NCBI GenBank assembly: GCA_903879715.1
Contig: CAIRMR010000189.1
Coordinates: 30,613-94,612, forward strand
Reading direction: 5' to 3'
Source: an uncultured Bacteroidales bacterium
GTDB taxonomy: Bacteria > Bacteroidota > Bacteroidia > Bacteroidales > UBA4417
Length of the DNA stretch: 64,000 nucleotides
How positions within the stretch are numbered: the stretch's first letter is position 1; every line of letters begins with the position of its first letter. Below the pieces are notes generated by a model, which saw nothing but the letters and a program-made list of their open reading frames with translations, made no database searches and had not been told where the DNA came from. Made by a program: the position numbers and the translations under genes. Positions 9,207-20,136 of the stretch are shown here, piece by piece.

Positions 9207-10376
9207 AGTTAAAAAGCAGTTGAGTAAATTGAGTTAAATACACACGCCAGTTCGTCCAGGTATGGCCGCCTTCGCTTTCGTAATAGGTATATTTCATTCC
9301 AATACCATCAAGCTTTGCGCGGTAATCAGTTAAATTTTATATAAAAAGTCTGTTTTACCAACCCCTATCCAATACAGCTTGTAACCGTTTTTCATCTGCG
9401 TATTCAATGTGCCATCAATGTTTTCGTAAACTTTTGACGTCGCTTTATCATCGCTGATGATAGCGGCTGAGAACAAACCTACATAATCGAAAGTATTGGG
9501 ATAATACCTTGAAATATGAAGTGAATGAAAGCCTCCCATGGATAATCCTGCAATGGCGCGACCCGATTTTTCAGCTTTCACGCGATAATTGGTTTCAACA
9601 AATCTGATCACATCCATAAAGGTTTCTTCGAACTTGCCATCCATAGTATTAGGTAACTGGAAAGTAGGTTTATACATTCCAAAGCTCGATTCGCCCGGAG
9701 CTGCCTCCTGGGCAACATTTCCATTGGTCATCACAACGATCATAGGTTTTGCTTTCTCCTGAGCAATGAGGTTGTCAAGAATCTGGGAAGTGCGGCCAAG
9801 GGCTATCCATGCTTCTTCATCACCACCCATTCCGTGCAACAGATAAAGTACCGGGTATTTCTCTTTGCTGGTTTCGTAGCCCGAAGGAGTGTAAATGGTG
9901 ACACGGCGCGTTGCTCCGTTCCCCGGGGAATCGTACCAGCGGCGGGAAACAGTTCCATGAGGAACTTTATTCACTTTGTACAGATTACCTTTATCACCAT
10001 TCACAAGAAATACGTTGGTTACAGTAGCCACATCTCGGATAAAGTAAACGTTATTCGGGTCGGTAGTTGTTAAACTGTCGACGATAAAAGAGTAACTATA
10101 CAAATCAGATGGCAATGCCGCGGTGGTGTAACTCCAGACTCCTTTATCATCTTTGTTCATAGGTTCCGATCCATGAGTCCAACCCTGCGTTGGCATCCAG
10201 TCACCGGTAATTTGAACCACTTTGGCGTTAGGTGCCTGGTACCGGAAAGTAACTGTATTGTTATCCTTTACTTCAGGCGAAACAATGCCCGGAGCTCCCC
10301 ATAATGCTTGCTGAGCAAACGAAGTGAAGCCAGTAAAAATAGAAAATACAAGGGCGAATAGAATTTGTTTTCTCAT
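9207..10376 (-). pseudogene. CE1/esterase-D-type esterase with an N-terminal Ig-like (E-set/CBM48-like) domain, interrupted by a 1-nt frameshift near the 3' end
   Basis: ORF 9330..10376 carries YLLHGMGGDEEAW and the nucleophile motif GLSMGG but ends at ...GKTDFLYKI*. The next frame continues as DYRAKLDGIGMKYTYYESEGGHTWTNWRVYLTQFTQLLFN* (stop at 9207-9209). One extra A in the run at 9335-9338 would restore ...FLYKNLTDYRAKLD... Confidence 0.7.
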
Positions 10377-10452
10377 TGTTAGTTATTTGAATTGTTTAAC
10401 AGAAATGGCATAGCAGAGATTTAGTAATCAATCACACCCAATTTGACAAATT

Positions 10453-13400
10453 TTATTTTGAACCTCCTGCTGTAAACTCATAACTTCCCGATTTCAGTTC
10501 ATAAACTGCTTTACCGCCTTCGTACCTGAGGAACTTGATTCCTTTGGCTTTTTTAACCGGTTTGCCGGCTTCCTTTACAGTTTTTATTGAAGATGTAGGA
10601 AGATATAAAGTGGCTGTTGTATTGGCCGGAACGGTTGCGATATAAGTCAGATTGCCATTAGTCACTTTCCAGCTGCTGAAAATTTTACCATAAGTTGATT
10701 CATAAAATCCTTTTGCTTCATTCATTTGTCCTGTAGGATCGGGTTCAGGCTGCAGAATAAATTTCTTAAAACCAGGGTCATCACGCTGTATTCCTAATGA
10801 ATACGCCATCATCCACTGACCTACCGCTCCAAAGGAATAATGATTAAATGAATTCATGCCGTTGTTGCCACCAAATCCTTTTTCCACAGTATATCCGTTG
10901 AGCCGTTCCCAAATGGAAGTTGAACCCTGATCAATGGAATAAAGCCACGACGGATATTGATTATTCTGAAGAACTTTATACGCCAGTTCACTAAATCCAT
11001 TATCCGATAGGGCTTTGCTAATCCAGGCCGTACCTATAAATCCTGTCATAAGTGAATATTTCGGGCGGATGATTCCTTCGTCATCTTGGTTTTCACGTTC
11101 AACGGATGCTGCAAGGTTTTTAACCATATACGGGATATTTTCATCGTTGAATGCCCCCAATGCGAGTCCAACCGCATAGGATGTTTGTGTGTCAACGAGC
11201 TTAAATTCAGGCGCTTTTGAACCAGGCATCGGGAAATCCATTGCCCCGCCAATTCCAATTGTTTTGTGATCCTGGTTTACAAAGGTTTTGTTAAAGAACT
11301 CTTTGCGCTCATTCTGCATTTTCTGGTATTTCTCAGCGTCGGCTTCCTTTTTGAGAATCCTTGCAACTTTCACCATTATCCCAAGATCGTAGATATGATA
11401 AGCCGCCACGAGGAAAGCCTGGCCGGTCTGGCTGTTTTGCGGACCAAGCCAGTCGCCTAATACACCATCTTTACTCCGTCCGGTTGTTATATCAATGGTG
11501 GTTGCCAGATAGTTAATATAGGCAGCCATGGCATTGTAATTCTCCCGTAGGATTACTTCATCATCGTATTGCTGGTAAGTTTCCCAGGGAATTACTATCC
11601 CGGCGCTACCCCAAAGAACTCCGCCGAAACCATTACCAACCGGCGCAACATCAGTAAATCTGCCGGCAGGCGACTGCACATCACGCATGGCATACATATG
11701 ACGCTTAAGGAACTGGTCGGCATTGGAAACATAGGTTGCAGTGCGGGAAAAAACATTAATATCTCCCGACCAGCCCATCCGTTCATTACGTTGGGGACAA
11801 TCGGTGGGAATGGTGAGGAAATTATCAATATTCGACCAAACCAGGTTCGACCAGAGTTGATTTACTTTTGGGTTCGAAGTTTTATAGTCTGCTGTGAGTT
11901 CACGTACCGAACTTATAACCACACCTTGCACTGCATCCAAGGGAAGTGGTTCATCAATACCGGTGATTTCAATATACTGGTACCCATGCGAAGTGAACTT
12001 TGGCTGGAATACCTGGCTGCCTTCTTTCATTGTGTAAACATCCTGGCTTAACGCAGCCCGATAGTTTTCAGTCATTATCATACCAACATTATTACCGGAT
12101 TCTTGCAGGTCGGGGTACATCATCTCAGCAAAGCGTAAGGTAATTTTTTGCCCTGATAGTCCATTAGAAATTGTTATCCTGGGAACGCCCACCATATTTT
12201 GACCCATATTATAAACGAAAACCCCTTCCCTGACTTCCTTTACACTTTGCGCTGTTAGAACCTTGTAGATTCCCGCGTTATTACCTATCTGGCCGATAAG
12301 TGACAGTCTATCGTAATTTAATGTTGAAGTGTTACCCATCATATCTGTTAAACTGCCCTGGTAAACTGTGCCTTCGAGAGGAATATTCGATGCTTTCTCC
12401 CAATTCTTATCGTCATAAGCAGCCGTACACCAATCTTTTACGGCAGCTTCACGGTTAGCATCATATCGTTCACCCATATCCAGGCTGCTGTAAATTATAG
12501 GCCCCTGGTTATAATATTTCCAGTTGCGGTCATTGGTAGTTATTATATCCTTGGAACCATCTTCGTACAAAATAACAATCTTTGCCAGCAATGACTGACG
12601 ATCTCCAAAATGGTTCCAGATGGTGCCAAAACTTAACAATCCGCTCCACCAGCCTTCGCCGAGCATGGCGCCCAAAGCGTTCTGCCCACTGCTGACCATG
12701 TTGGTAACATCGTAGGTTTGATATAAGTGAGTAATGTTGTATTGGGTCAAACCCGGATTGTAATAATCGTCTCCAACACGCTTCCCGTTCAGGTAAACCT
12801 CATAAATTCCCCTAGAAGTAACATACAGCCTGGCGCTTTCAATTTTTTTATTGCTTACTGCGAATTTGGTTCGAAACATAGGCATGGCATTATGGCTTGG
12901 ATCAGCTACCATCATAATTCCTTTTTCACCTCCTGAAACCTGGTAAGCGCTATTTTTTATCGCAATTCCTGAAGTAGCATCCGATACATATGATGTAAAT
13001 ATTCCATCATAAACCGGTTTTGTTAAGTCCTCACTGAACAAGACAGTTTCGGGAGCCCGTGAATTGGATACTGAAACATTTGTGAAGACAGCTTTCTGAC
13101 CGGCATCGAGGGAAAATCCCATATCACAAAGCTGACCATAAGTAATAACGTCACCGCCTTTGCCCATGGGATTGAGGTTGACAATAGCGCCTTTTCTTTG
13201 TTCTCCGAAGCCCTGAAATCCTGTTCCCGCATTCGGATCGGGAACGAAAAATGAATCACTATCATCCATGATGATGGCTAGTTCTCCAAATATATCTTTG
13301 ATCAGAAAGCGATGTTCTTTATTCTTGTTGTCCTTATTGATAAACTCGTTTTTGATCTCAAAGGTTTTTACCGGTACAGTGGCAACATCTTTGTCGGTAT

Positions 13401-14118
13401 AACCGGCGCGATACACATTTAATTCTGCCTTACCGGTTTCCGAATCATCAACTGCCGAAATATCGAGTTCAAGCTTTAAATAACTTTGGTTTTTACCATT
13501 TTGCAACTGGAACAGATTTTTGTTCTTGTCCATCAAACGTGAATCATTGGCTCCCAGGATGAAACCTGCTTTAGTGCTTCCTTCGGCAATAGATACGGAA
13601 TATTTCAGCGTGAAAATGGGCAAATAATGGGAATACAGGACCATATCTTTTTCGCTTCCACCGATCCAGGTTGCTCCGTCCCAGGCTGATAATTTAGGAT
13701 CCGGATTCATCAGTCCCGTTTCAAACCAGGAAGATGTAGTTGAGATTGATCCGGTCTGATCCCATACGGAAACTGTCCAGGTATATCGGGTTGTTGCTCC
13801 AAGCGGAGTTCCTGCATACACAATCCCGACAGACTTATCGCTATTTACCTTTTTTGTATCCCAAACTATAATACCCTTCGGATCTTTTACAACAATCTGA
13901 AAAGCAGTCTGCGAGTAATTGCGTTTACCCTCAGGAGCATTCATCTGCCAGCTGAAACGAGGCTGCTTAACATCAATTCCTAAAGGTGTTTTGGTGTATT
14001 CCACCTGAAGATTCTCAATCACAACTGCGGAAGCTGCGTTTGCCAGGATAAAGCCTGATAGCAATATTGCTGCGGTGATAAGAATTTTCAAACTTGTTTT
14101 TTTTCTATGATTATACAT
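10453..14118 (-). CDS. GH78 alpha-L-rhamnosidase (large, multi-domain, secreted)
   Basis: 1221 aa with a signal peptide and the family-typical motif TDCPQRNERMGWSGD. The C-terminal part has the six-hairpin/GH78 layout. Confidence 0.9.
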   Translation of the reverse strand: MYNHRKKTSLKILITAAILLSGFILANAASAVVIENLQVEYTKTPLGIDVKQPRFSWQMNAPEGKRNYSQTAFQIVVKDPKGIIVWDTKKVNSDKSVGIVYAGTPLGATTRYTWTVSVWDQTGSISTTSSWFETGLMNPDPKLSAWDGATWIGGSEKDMVLYSHYLPIFTLKYSVSIAEGSTKAGFILGANDSRLMDKNKNLFQLQNGKNQSYLKLELDISAVDDSETGKAELNVYRAGYTDKDVATVPVKTFEIKNEFINKDNKNKEHRFLIKDIFGELAIIMDDSDSFFVPDPNAGTGFQGFGEQRKGAIVNLNPMGKGGDVITYGQLCDMGFSLDAGQKAVFTNVSVSNSRAPETVLFSEDLTKPVYDGIFTSYVSDATSGIAIKNSAYQVSGGEKGIMMVADPSHNAMPMFRTKFAVSNKKIESARLYVTSRGIYEVYLNGKRVGDDYYNPGLTQYNITHLYQTYDVTNMVSSGQNALGAMLGEGWWSGLLSFGTIWNHFGDRQSLLAKIVILYEDGSKDIITTNDRNWKYYNQGPIIYSSLDMGERYDANREAAVKDWCTAAYDDKNWEKASNIPLEGTVYQGSLTDMMGNTSTLNYDRLSLIGQIGNNAGIYKVLTAQSVKEVREGVFVYNMGQNMVGVPRITISNGLSGQKITLRFAEMMYPDLQESGNNVGMIMTENYRAALSQDVYTMKEGSQVFQPKFTSHGYQYIEITGIDEPLPLDAVQGVVISSVRELTADYKTSNPKVNQLWSNLVWSNIDNFLTIPTDCPQRNERMGWSGDINVFSRTATYVSNADQFLKRHMYAMRDVQSPAGRFTDVAPVGNGFGGVLWGSAGIVIPWETYQQYDDEVILRENYNAMAAYINYLATTIDITTGRSKDGVLGDWLGPQNSQTGQAFLVAAYHIYDLGIMVKVARILKKEADAEKYQKMQNERKEFFNKTFVNQDHKTIGIGGAMDFPMPGSKAPEFKLVDTQTSYAVGLALGAFNDENIPYMVKNLAASVERENQDDEGIIRPKYSLMTGFIGTAWISKALSDNGFSELAYKVLQNNQYPSWLYSIDQGSTSIWERLNGYTVEKGFGGNNGMNSFNHYSFGAVGQWMMAYSLGIQRDDPGFKKFILQPEPDPTGQMNEAKGFYESTYGKIFSSWKVTNGNLTYIATVPANTTATLYLPTSSIKTVKEAGKPVKKAKGIKFLRYEGGKAVYELKSGSYEFTAGGSK

Positions 14119-14174
14119 GTTAAAGTGTTTTCAGATTTTAGTCCGTAACAAATAAGCGTTATTACACATTCAAT

Positions 14175-16628
14175 TTACTTCTCTATCTTTAACTCATTAA
14201 TTTTTTCAGCAGGTGCAAGTGCCACACTCACCTTTTCAACTGAGAGTAATTTATTTAATTCAAATGCATCTTTTACTTTAATGTCCTTTGAGGAAGCGCC
14301 GATTTTAACTGTATAGGTACCTGCTTCAGCATCCCATGAAGAAGTAGATGAACTGAATGAAGCCAGGCTGCGCTTGTCAAGCACAAAGGTGAGTGTTTGG
14401 CTTTCGCCGGGTTGCAGAAGTTTGGTTTTTTCGAAGCCTTTTAATTCACTTTCGGGTTTATCCAGTTTTTTGGCCGGCGCTCCCAGGTATAGCTGAACGA
14501 CTTCTTTTCCGGCAACTTTCCCTGTGTTCTTTACATCCACTGTAACAGTGAGTTTGTCGGTAAAATTTTTGGAACTCAGCTTCAGGTTGCTAATAGCAAA
14601 GTTGGTATATGACAATCCATAACCAAACTCGTAAGCTATAGGAATTTTAGCCGTGTTGAAATAGCGGTAACCTACATAAATGCCTTCTTCATAGGTAATT
14701 TCCCACGGCGTGCGCTGCATAAATGAAAATCCGGAACCATCTTTTTTTGTATCAATGGCCCCAGCCGATTCTGGAGCGTGACCCGGGAAATTCTTTACAG
14801 TGGGCTCATCGCTGTACAACATTGGGACAGTAACAGGCAATTTCCCCGATGGGTTTACTTTCCCGCTAAGAACATCGATTACTGAATTTCCGGCTTCCTG
14901 GCCGGGCAGCCATACCAGTAAAATGGCATCAGCCATATCGCGCCAACCGGATATTTCTGTAATTCCGGCAATGTTCAGCACAACAATTACTTTTTTGTTT
15001 TTGGCATGGAAAGCTTGAGATACATTTTTAATCAGTTCGTTTTCGGTAACAGTAAACCTGAAATCACCTGCCGAATCAATGCGATCAAGACCTTCTCCCG
15101 CATTACGTCCAATGGTAATCAGGGCCAGATCAGCTTCATCAGCCATTTTTGTAGCCAATTCGGGAGATAGTTTCATTTCCTCAACAGGTTCCATTCCACC
15201 CATAAAGGCAACAAAAGGATTTTTCGGTTTTCCCTGTTTGGCCCGTGTTCCCTTGATGTAAGCCTGGTATGCTGATGCCAGTTCGGCTACAGGCACATAT
15301 CCGCCATTGGTCAATCCGTCCATCAGGGAAATTGTGTAGGCTTCATTAACATCACCGCTACCGGTTCCTCCCGAAATGAATTCGTACGATGTAGTACCAA
15401 ATGCTGCTATACTTTTAACTGATTTTGAAATCGGCAAGGCATTCTTTTCATTTTTCAATAAAATCATTCCATCTGTAGCAGCTTGTCGGGCAACTGCAGC
15501 ATTTGCTTTCAGATCAGGCGAATTTGAAATTTTGTACTTGTTGTAGCGTGGGCTTATCAGCATTATTTCCAGTATCCGCGCAATGTTTTTATCCAGGACT
15601 TTTTCGTCGAGTTTACCGCTTTTTACGGCATCAACCAGCTGCTGGATTTGAATAGGTTCGCCGGGCATGATCATGTCGTTGCCGGCAAGCATCTGGGCAA
15701 TTACATCGCTGCCGCCGGTCCAGTCGGTCATAACATAGCCTTTGAATCCCCAATCGTTGCGTAATATTTTGGTCAGCAGATCATTGCTTTCAGAAGTGTA
15801 GGTTCCATTGATTTTATTGTACGACGACATCACCGTCCAGGGCTGGGATTCTTTTACGGTGATCTCGAAACCTCTAAGGTAAATTTCGCGTAAAGCCCGC
15901 TGGCTTACCATGGTATTTACTGTCAATCGGTTTGTTTCAGAATTGTTAGCGGCAAAATGTTTGATAGAAGTTCCAACTCCATTAGACTGAATGCCTTTTA
16001 CCATAGCGGCAGCCATTTTCCCTGAGACCAGCGGATCTTCGGAATAGTACTCAAAATTCCGGCCACAGAGCGGATCGCGGTGAATATTTAGAGCGGGACC
16101 AAGTAAAACATCAGAACCGTATTCTTTCACTTCATTTCCCATGGATTGCCCGACACGATGAACCAAATCGGTATCCCAGGTGGAGGCTAACAAGGTAGCC
16201 ACCGGCCAGGCGGTGCAGTAATAGGTCTTATCGGTTCCTTTACGCTTAGGCTGAATCCGTAAACCGGCAGGCCCATCCGTTAAAACCTGCGAAGTAATGC
16301 CCAGTTCAGGGAATTCGGCAGAAAAACCCGCCGCTCCCGGTAAATAAGTACGGACCTTATTGACCATACTTTTATAAGCGGTGTCCTTAGTATCCTTAAG
16401 CGGATCGGCAAACATGTCTCCTAATTTCTCCAGAACCTCGGGAGGCAACTCTATAAACATTCCTGTTCCGATTACTAATTTAGCCTTCTGATCGAGGGTC
16501 ATTTTGGAGATTATGCTCTTGATTTTAGAATCATTGGATTCATTTCCTTTTTGATTTTGAGCAAAGGCGACATTAATTCCTATCAGCATGACAATGAGGA
16601 ATGCTACTGATTTAATCTGGATTTTCAT
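14175..16628 (-). CDS. GH3 beta-glucosidase (BglX-like), secreted
   Basis: KHFAANNSETNR, nucleophile region KGYVMTDW, and a C-terminal fibronectin-like domain (GYGLSYTNF). Confidence 0.9.
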   Translation of the reverse strand: MKIQIKSVAFLIVMLIGINVAFAQNQKGNESNDSKIKSIISKMTLDQKAKLVIGTGMFIELPPEVLEKLGDMFADPLKDTKDTAYKSMVNKVRTYLPGAAGFSAEFPELGITSQVLTDGPAGLRIQPKRKGTDKTYYCTAWPVATLLASTWDTDLVHRVGQSMGNEVKEYGSDVLLGPALNIHRDPLCGRNFEYYSEDPLVSGKMAAAMVKGIQSNGVGTSIKHFAANNSETNRLTVNTMVSQRALREIYLRGFEITVKESQPWTVMSSYNKINGTYTSESNDLLTKILRNDWGFKGYVMTDWTGGSDVIAQMLAGNDMIMPGEPIQIQQLVDAVKSGKLDEKVLDKNIARILEIMLISPRYNKYKISNSPDLKANAAVARQAATDGMILLKNEKNALPISKSVKSIAAFGTTSYEFISGGTGSGDVNEAYTISLMDGLTNGGYVPVAELASAYQAYIKGTRAKQGKPKNPFVAFMGGMEPVEEMKLSPELATKMADEADLALITIGRNAGEGLDRIDSAGDFRFTVTENELIKNVSQAFHAKNKKVIVVLNIAGITEISGWRDMADAILLVWLPGQEAGNSVIDVLSGKVNPSGKLPVTVPMLYSDEPTVKNFPGHAPESAGAIDTKKDGSGFSFMQRTPWEITYEEGIYVGYRYFNTAKIPIAYEFGYGLSYTNFAISNLKLSSKNFTDKLTVTVDVKNTGKVAGKEVVQLYLGAPAKKLDKPESELKGFEKTKLLQPGESQTLTFVLDKRSLASFSSSTSSWDAEAGTYTVKIGASSKDIKVKDAFELNKLLSVEKVSVALAPAEKINELKIEK

Positions 16629-16740
16629 TGTTTAAATTTTTACATTTTTAAAGAATAGTCTTCACTGAAGATCTTTTTACTTTTGTTAGTGAAAATAAGT
16701 GTAACCGAACCCGGAGGATAGGTTACACCTTTATCTTGAT

Positions 16741-19700
16741 CTATTTTGAAATTTGTAGAAGCTGAACTGGCCCTAGTAAACCGGAAGGCAGCAAAGGTGA
16801 ATTTGCTTGGTAAAAGGGCATGGTTGTATAGGTTACTTTGTTGGCAACTCCGGGTTGCAGGTCGCCAATCAGGCGGTTCACCCAGAGGTTGGTGACCTTA
16901 ACTTCAAGGGTGTTTTTACCTTGCTTCAGAGCAGATGTAACATCAATCCTAAACGGTTTCTTCCACAGAATTCCCAATGATTTTCCGTTTACGATTACTT
17001 CGGCCAGGTTCTGAACATCGCCAAGATCAAGGCATAAACCAGCACCCTTGGCAAACCAGTCGGCAGGAGCGTCGATGGTCTTGGTATAAGTGGCTATACC
17101 TGAGAAATATTTCACACCAGCGTCAGCATTATCCGTTAATGAAGCCAGTTCATTCAGTTTTATCGCAGCGGGTGCGCCACGGTCTTTCTGGAAGCTCACG
17201 TTCCATTCGCCTTTAACGCCTGCCAATGATTTTTCTTTAACAGCAGGCAGTTCAACTGCATTTTTTGTGGCTTTATCTTTGAAAACCACGAAAACAGCCT
17301 GGTTGGGTTCAAGATTCAGTTTTACTTTCGTACTGCCTTTCGAAATAGAGTAGGAGAGTGGACTGCTGGTCCCTGTTTCAGGATTCCAAAGTACCGGCAC
17401 TTTTCCGGCAACGCGGAAGGTTGCTTCCAGGTTTTCAATCCTGTCGTTACGATTATCTACCCAGTATATGTCGCGATCGGAAGTTCTGCGATGCACATAC
17501 ATCAGTTTGGTATCACCTTGTGGTTTGGTGTAGGTAAAATCGGGTGCCATATTCAGGGCAGGCAACACTTCACTTAACGGTTTACCTGTCATTACTTTTT
17601 TATTATTGCCACCCCAGATTTCCTTTACCAGTTTGTTGAATTCATCCTGGTTATCCGACAAACTTGGCGTACTTTCTGGTTTTACCCCGGCAATGGTTGC
17701 GCCTGCTTTTACAAGAACACTCAGTTTGCGTAAAACAGGTAACGACATTTTACATGCATTGCTGTCTAATGCAAGCACCTGGTAACTCATGCCACTTGGT
17801 GTAACGATTTTACCATCTTTTACAGAAAGTAAATTCATCAGGATATCGGGGTTTGCAAAATCATAATTGTATCCTTCGGGAACTGCAGGTAGTTTTCTGC
17901 CAAACAAGGATGTAATGTTATTGTCTTCACCATAATAGTAAATCACGTCGGCAACAAATTTACCCTGCTGCAACATATAGCTGCTGCGACTTAGGTAATC
18001 CGTCCATGCTTTGGCTTGTCCTGCCCAGGTTTCGTGGCGGGTAAACCATTGTCCGAAAGGCCCAAGGCCAAGGCCTGGAATTTTATCATCGACGGGTTGG
18101 TGAGGTGAGCAATGAATTACAAACCGGTTCAAACCGCTGGCCAGCTCAAGATCAGCGGTAGGTTTTAAATTCTGAGGATCATAGGACCATGCTGTACCAC
18201 CCAGGCCAAAAGCGGTAAGTGATTCGGCCGCTACCAGGTTTTGACCGTAAATATGGGCTACCGAAGCAGACTCACGGATATCAGCTGTATAACTAGTCAG
18301 ATCAAAATTATTCATCATGCTGGGCGTCCACATAGCTGACATAGGAACTGCTGCTGTACGTTTTACATCCATACCATCAGCGATAAGAGCCCGCCATGCT
18401 TCGTGTGATTCGGAATACCGTTTCATGCCACGCTCAGCCAGTAGGGTGGTTAAAGCGTCGTAATGGTATTCTGCTACCAATTCGATGAGAGTATGCCTGA
18501 AATCGAAAAGGAATTGTTCGCTTGCTTCGGCGCTTTTAACAATATGTCCGGCCAATACTGGCATCCAGGGAATCATATTGTAACCACGTCGTTTCTGAAA
18601 TTCCTGCATCATATTTCCGGTCCAGTTCTGTGCACCGGCTTCCCAGCTATCGGTAACAATATACTGCAGGCCTTTTGAACCCATCAATCCACCGGTGGCA
18701 CCTTTATATTGATCGAGGTAATTATTGAAATATTTTTTAACTGCCACAGGATCCAGTTTATCTACTTCCAGGCCTGTAGCTTCAGGCGATGCCGGATGAT
18801 TTTCGATACCAAGTAAAGAGTAACCAAAACGGACCACTTTCCATTCACCGGCAGGTACAACCCAGTTCAGTGAACCATCAGCGTTAAGCTTGCCAGTCAA
18901 GTCAACAATATCATTTTCGGCAACCACATCATTGGTTGATGCTGTTGCTTTGGCATACATTTCCGTAACAGGAGCAAAAGCATCTTTTTCTTCAAACCTG
19001 TTGATACGTGAAGCAGGATGTAGAACTATTTCGGCGATCTCTGTACCTGGTGAAGCAACAGGTTTATCAGCTATTCCCATCATGGCTGCAAAGGGATTGG
19101 ATTGAACGGGTGGATTTTTTACAGTCACACGGAAATATTTTGCGGTTGTTTCAGGTATGGCAATGGTTTGCTGTAAAATAGCTCCTGGTGGAATGTGACA
19201 AACGAATTTGAAGTTCACCCCATCATCGCTGGTTTCCAGGGTTCTGGAATCAGTAGCAGCAGCTCCCTGCCCGAACATTCCGGGTTCTCCGCCACCAACC
19301 ATGGTTATGGCTTTTATGGTTTGGGGTTGAGCAAAGGCAAACTGTATCCAGGCAAAACCCTTTACTGAATCGCTTGGTAAGAGAATGGTTTTTCCGAGGT
19401 CACCATCGGTTAATTGGGTCAATGTAAAATTGCCACCACTGGAAGTAATCTCAGCGCCTAACTCACGCAACGATTTATCAGCAGCAGGAAGTTTAAATGC
19501 CACAACTGCAATATCTTTATAAAAAGAAGGTAGTTTTGATTGATCAACAGGTATTCCAAATACAGGTTGCATGGGTATATTTTGAAAAGGACCTGTTATC
19601 CCTGTAGATTGTGCCAGTTTAATGTTAGCATCACCACCCTTCACACGTGTTTCTGTCCATACAATTTTTTTCATTCCATCATCCGGCTTCACCCATGGGC

Positions 19701-20115
19701 CGCCGCTTTCGCTCCATCCGGGTGAACCGGCTATGGCCATCTCCAGCTTTAACGAATCAGCCAACTTGGTTGTGAACAGAAAAGCATCCTTCCATTCAGG
19801 AGTCATATAAATTAAACGTTTTTCCACTATTTGAGGCGTTTGCAGTGCGGCATCAAAATTCTGGAAGCCTCCGATGCCTGCACTATTCATCCATTTCAAA
19901 TCTTTGGCAATACCATCTTTGGTAATGTTTCCGTTCATCCAATGCCACCAAACCCGGGGTCTTGCTGCGTTGGGTGGTGTTACAAATTCTTTATAGATTT
20001 TGTCGGGAGAATTTCCTTTTGCAGGAGCAGCCGACTGGGCAGAAGCAGGTTGTGATAGGGCCACTGTTGCCCATAACAAACAGGTTGTAACGGAATACTT
20101 AAGTGCTTTTTTCAT
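16741..20115 (-). CDS. large secreted glycoside hydrolase, GH106-like alpha-L-rhamnosidase candidate
   Basis: 1124 aa. The N-terminal motif PRVWWHWMNGNITKDGIAKDLKWMNSAGIGGFQNFDA and the C-terminal galactose-binding-like domain match my recollection of the GH106 (PF17132-type) family. The assignment is from memory only. Confidence 0.6.
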   Translation of the reverse strand: MKKALKYSVTTCLLWATVALSQPASAQSAAPAKGNSPDKIYKEFVTPPNAARPRVWWHWMNGNITKDGIAKDLKWMNSAGIGGFQNFDAALQTPQIVEKRLIYMTPEWKDAFLFTTKLADSLKLEMAIAGSPGWSESGGPWVKPDDGMKKIVWTETRVKGGDANIKLAQSTGITGPFQNIPMQPVFGIPVDQSKLPSFYKDIAVVAFKLPAADKSLRELGAEITSSGGNFTLTQLTDGDLGKTILLPSDSVKGFAWIQFAFAQPQTIKAITMVGGGEPGMFGQGAAATDSRTLETSDDGVNFKFVCHIPPGAILQQTIAIPETTAKYFRVTVKNPPVQSNPFAAMMGIADKPVASPGTEIAEIVLHPASRINRFEEKDAFAPVTEMYAKATASTNDVVAENDIVDLTGKLNADGSLNWVVPAGEWKVVRFGYSLLGIENHPASPEATGLEVDKLDPVAVKKYFNNYLDQYKGATGGLMGSKGLQYIVTDSWEAGAQNWTGNMMQEFQKRRGYNMIPWMPVLAGHIVKSAEASEQFLFDFRHTLIELVAEYHYDALTTLLAERGMKRYSESHEAWRALIADGMDVKRTAAVPMSAMWTPSMMNNFDLTSYTADIRESASVAHIYGQNLVAAESLTAFGLGGTAWSYDPQNLKPTADLELASGLNRFVIHCSPHQPVDDKIPGLGLGPFGQWFTRHETWAGQAKAWTDYLSRSSYMLQQGKFVADVIYYYGEDNNITSLFGRKLPAVPEGYNYDFANPDILMNLLSVKDGKIVTPSGMSYQVLALDSNACKMSLPVLRKLSVLVKAGATIAGVKPESTPSLSDNQDEFNKLVKEIWGGNNKKVMTGKPLSEVLPALNMAPDFTYTKPQGDTKLMYVHRRTSDRDIYWVDNRNDRIENLEATFRVAGKVPVLWNPETGTSSPLSYSISKGSTKVKLNLEPNQAVFVVFKDKATKNAVELPAVKEKSLAGVKGEWNVSFQKDRGAPAAIKLNELASLTDNADAGVKYFSGIATYTKTIDAPADWFAKGAGLCLDLGDVQNLAEVIVNGKSLGILWKKPFRIDVTSALKQGKNTLEVKVTNLWVNRLIGDLQPGVANKVTYTTMPFYQANSPLLPSGLLGPVQLLQISK

Positions 20116-20136
20116 CTTTAAGAGACATTTTTTTGT

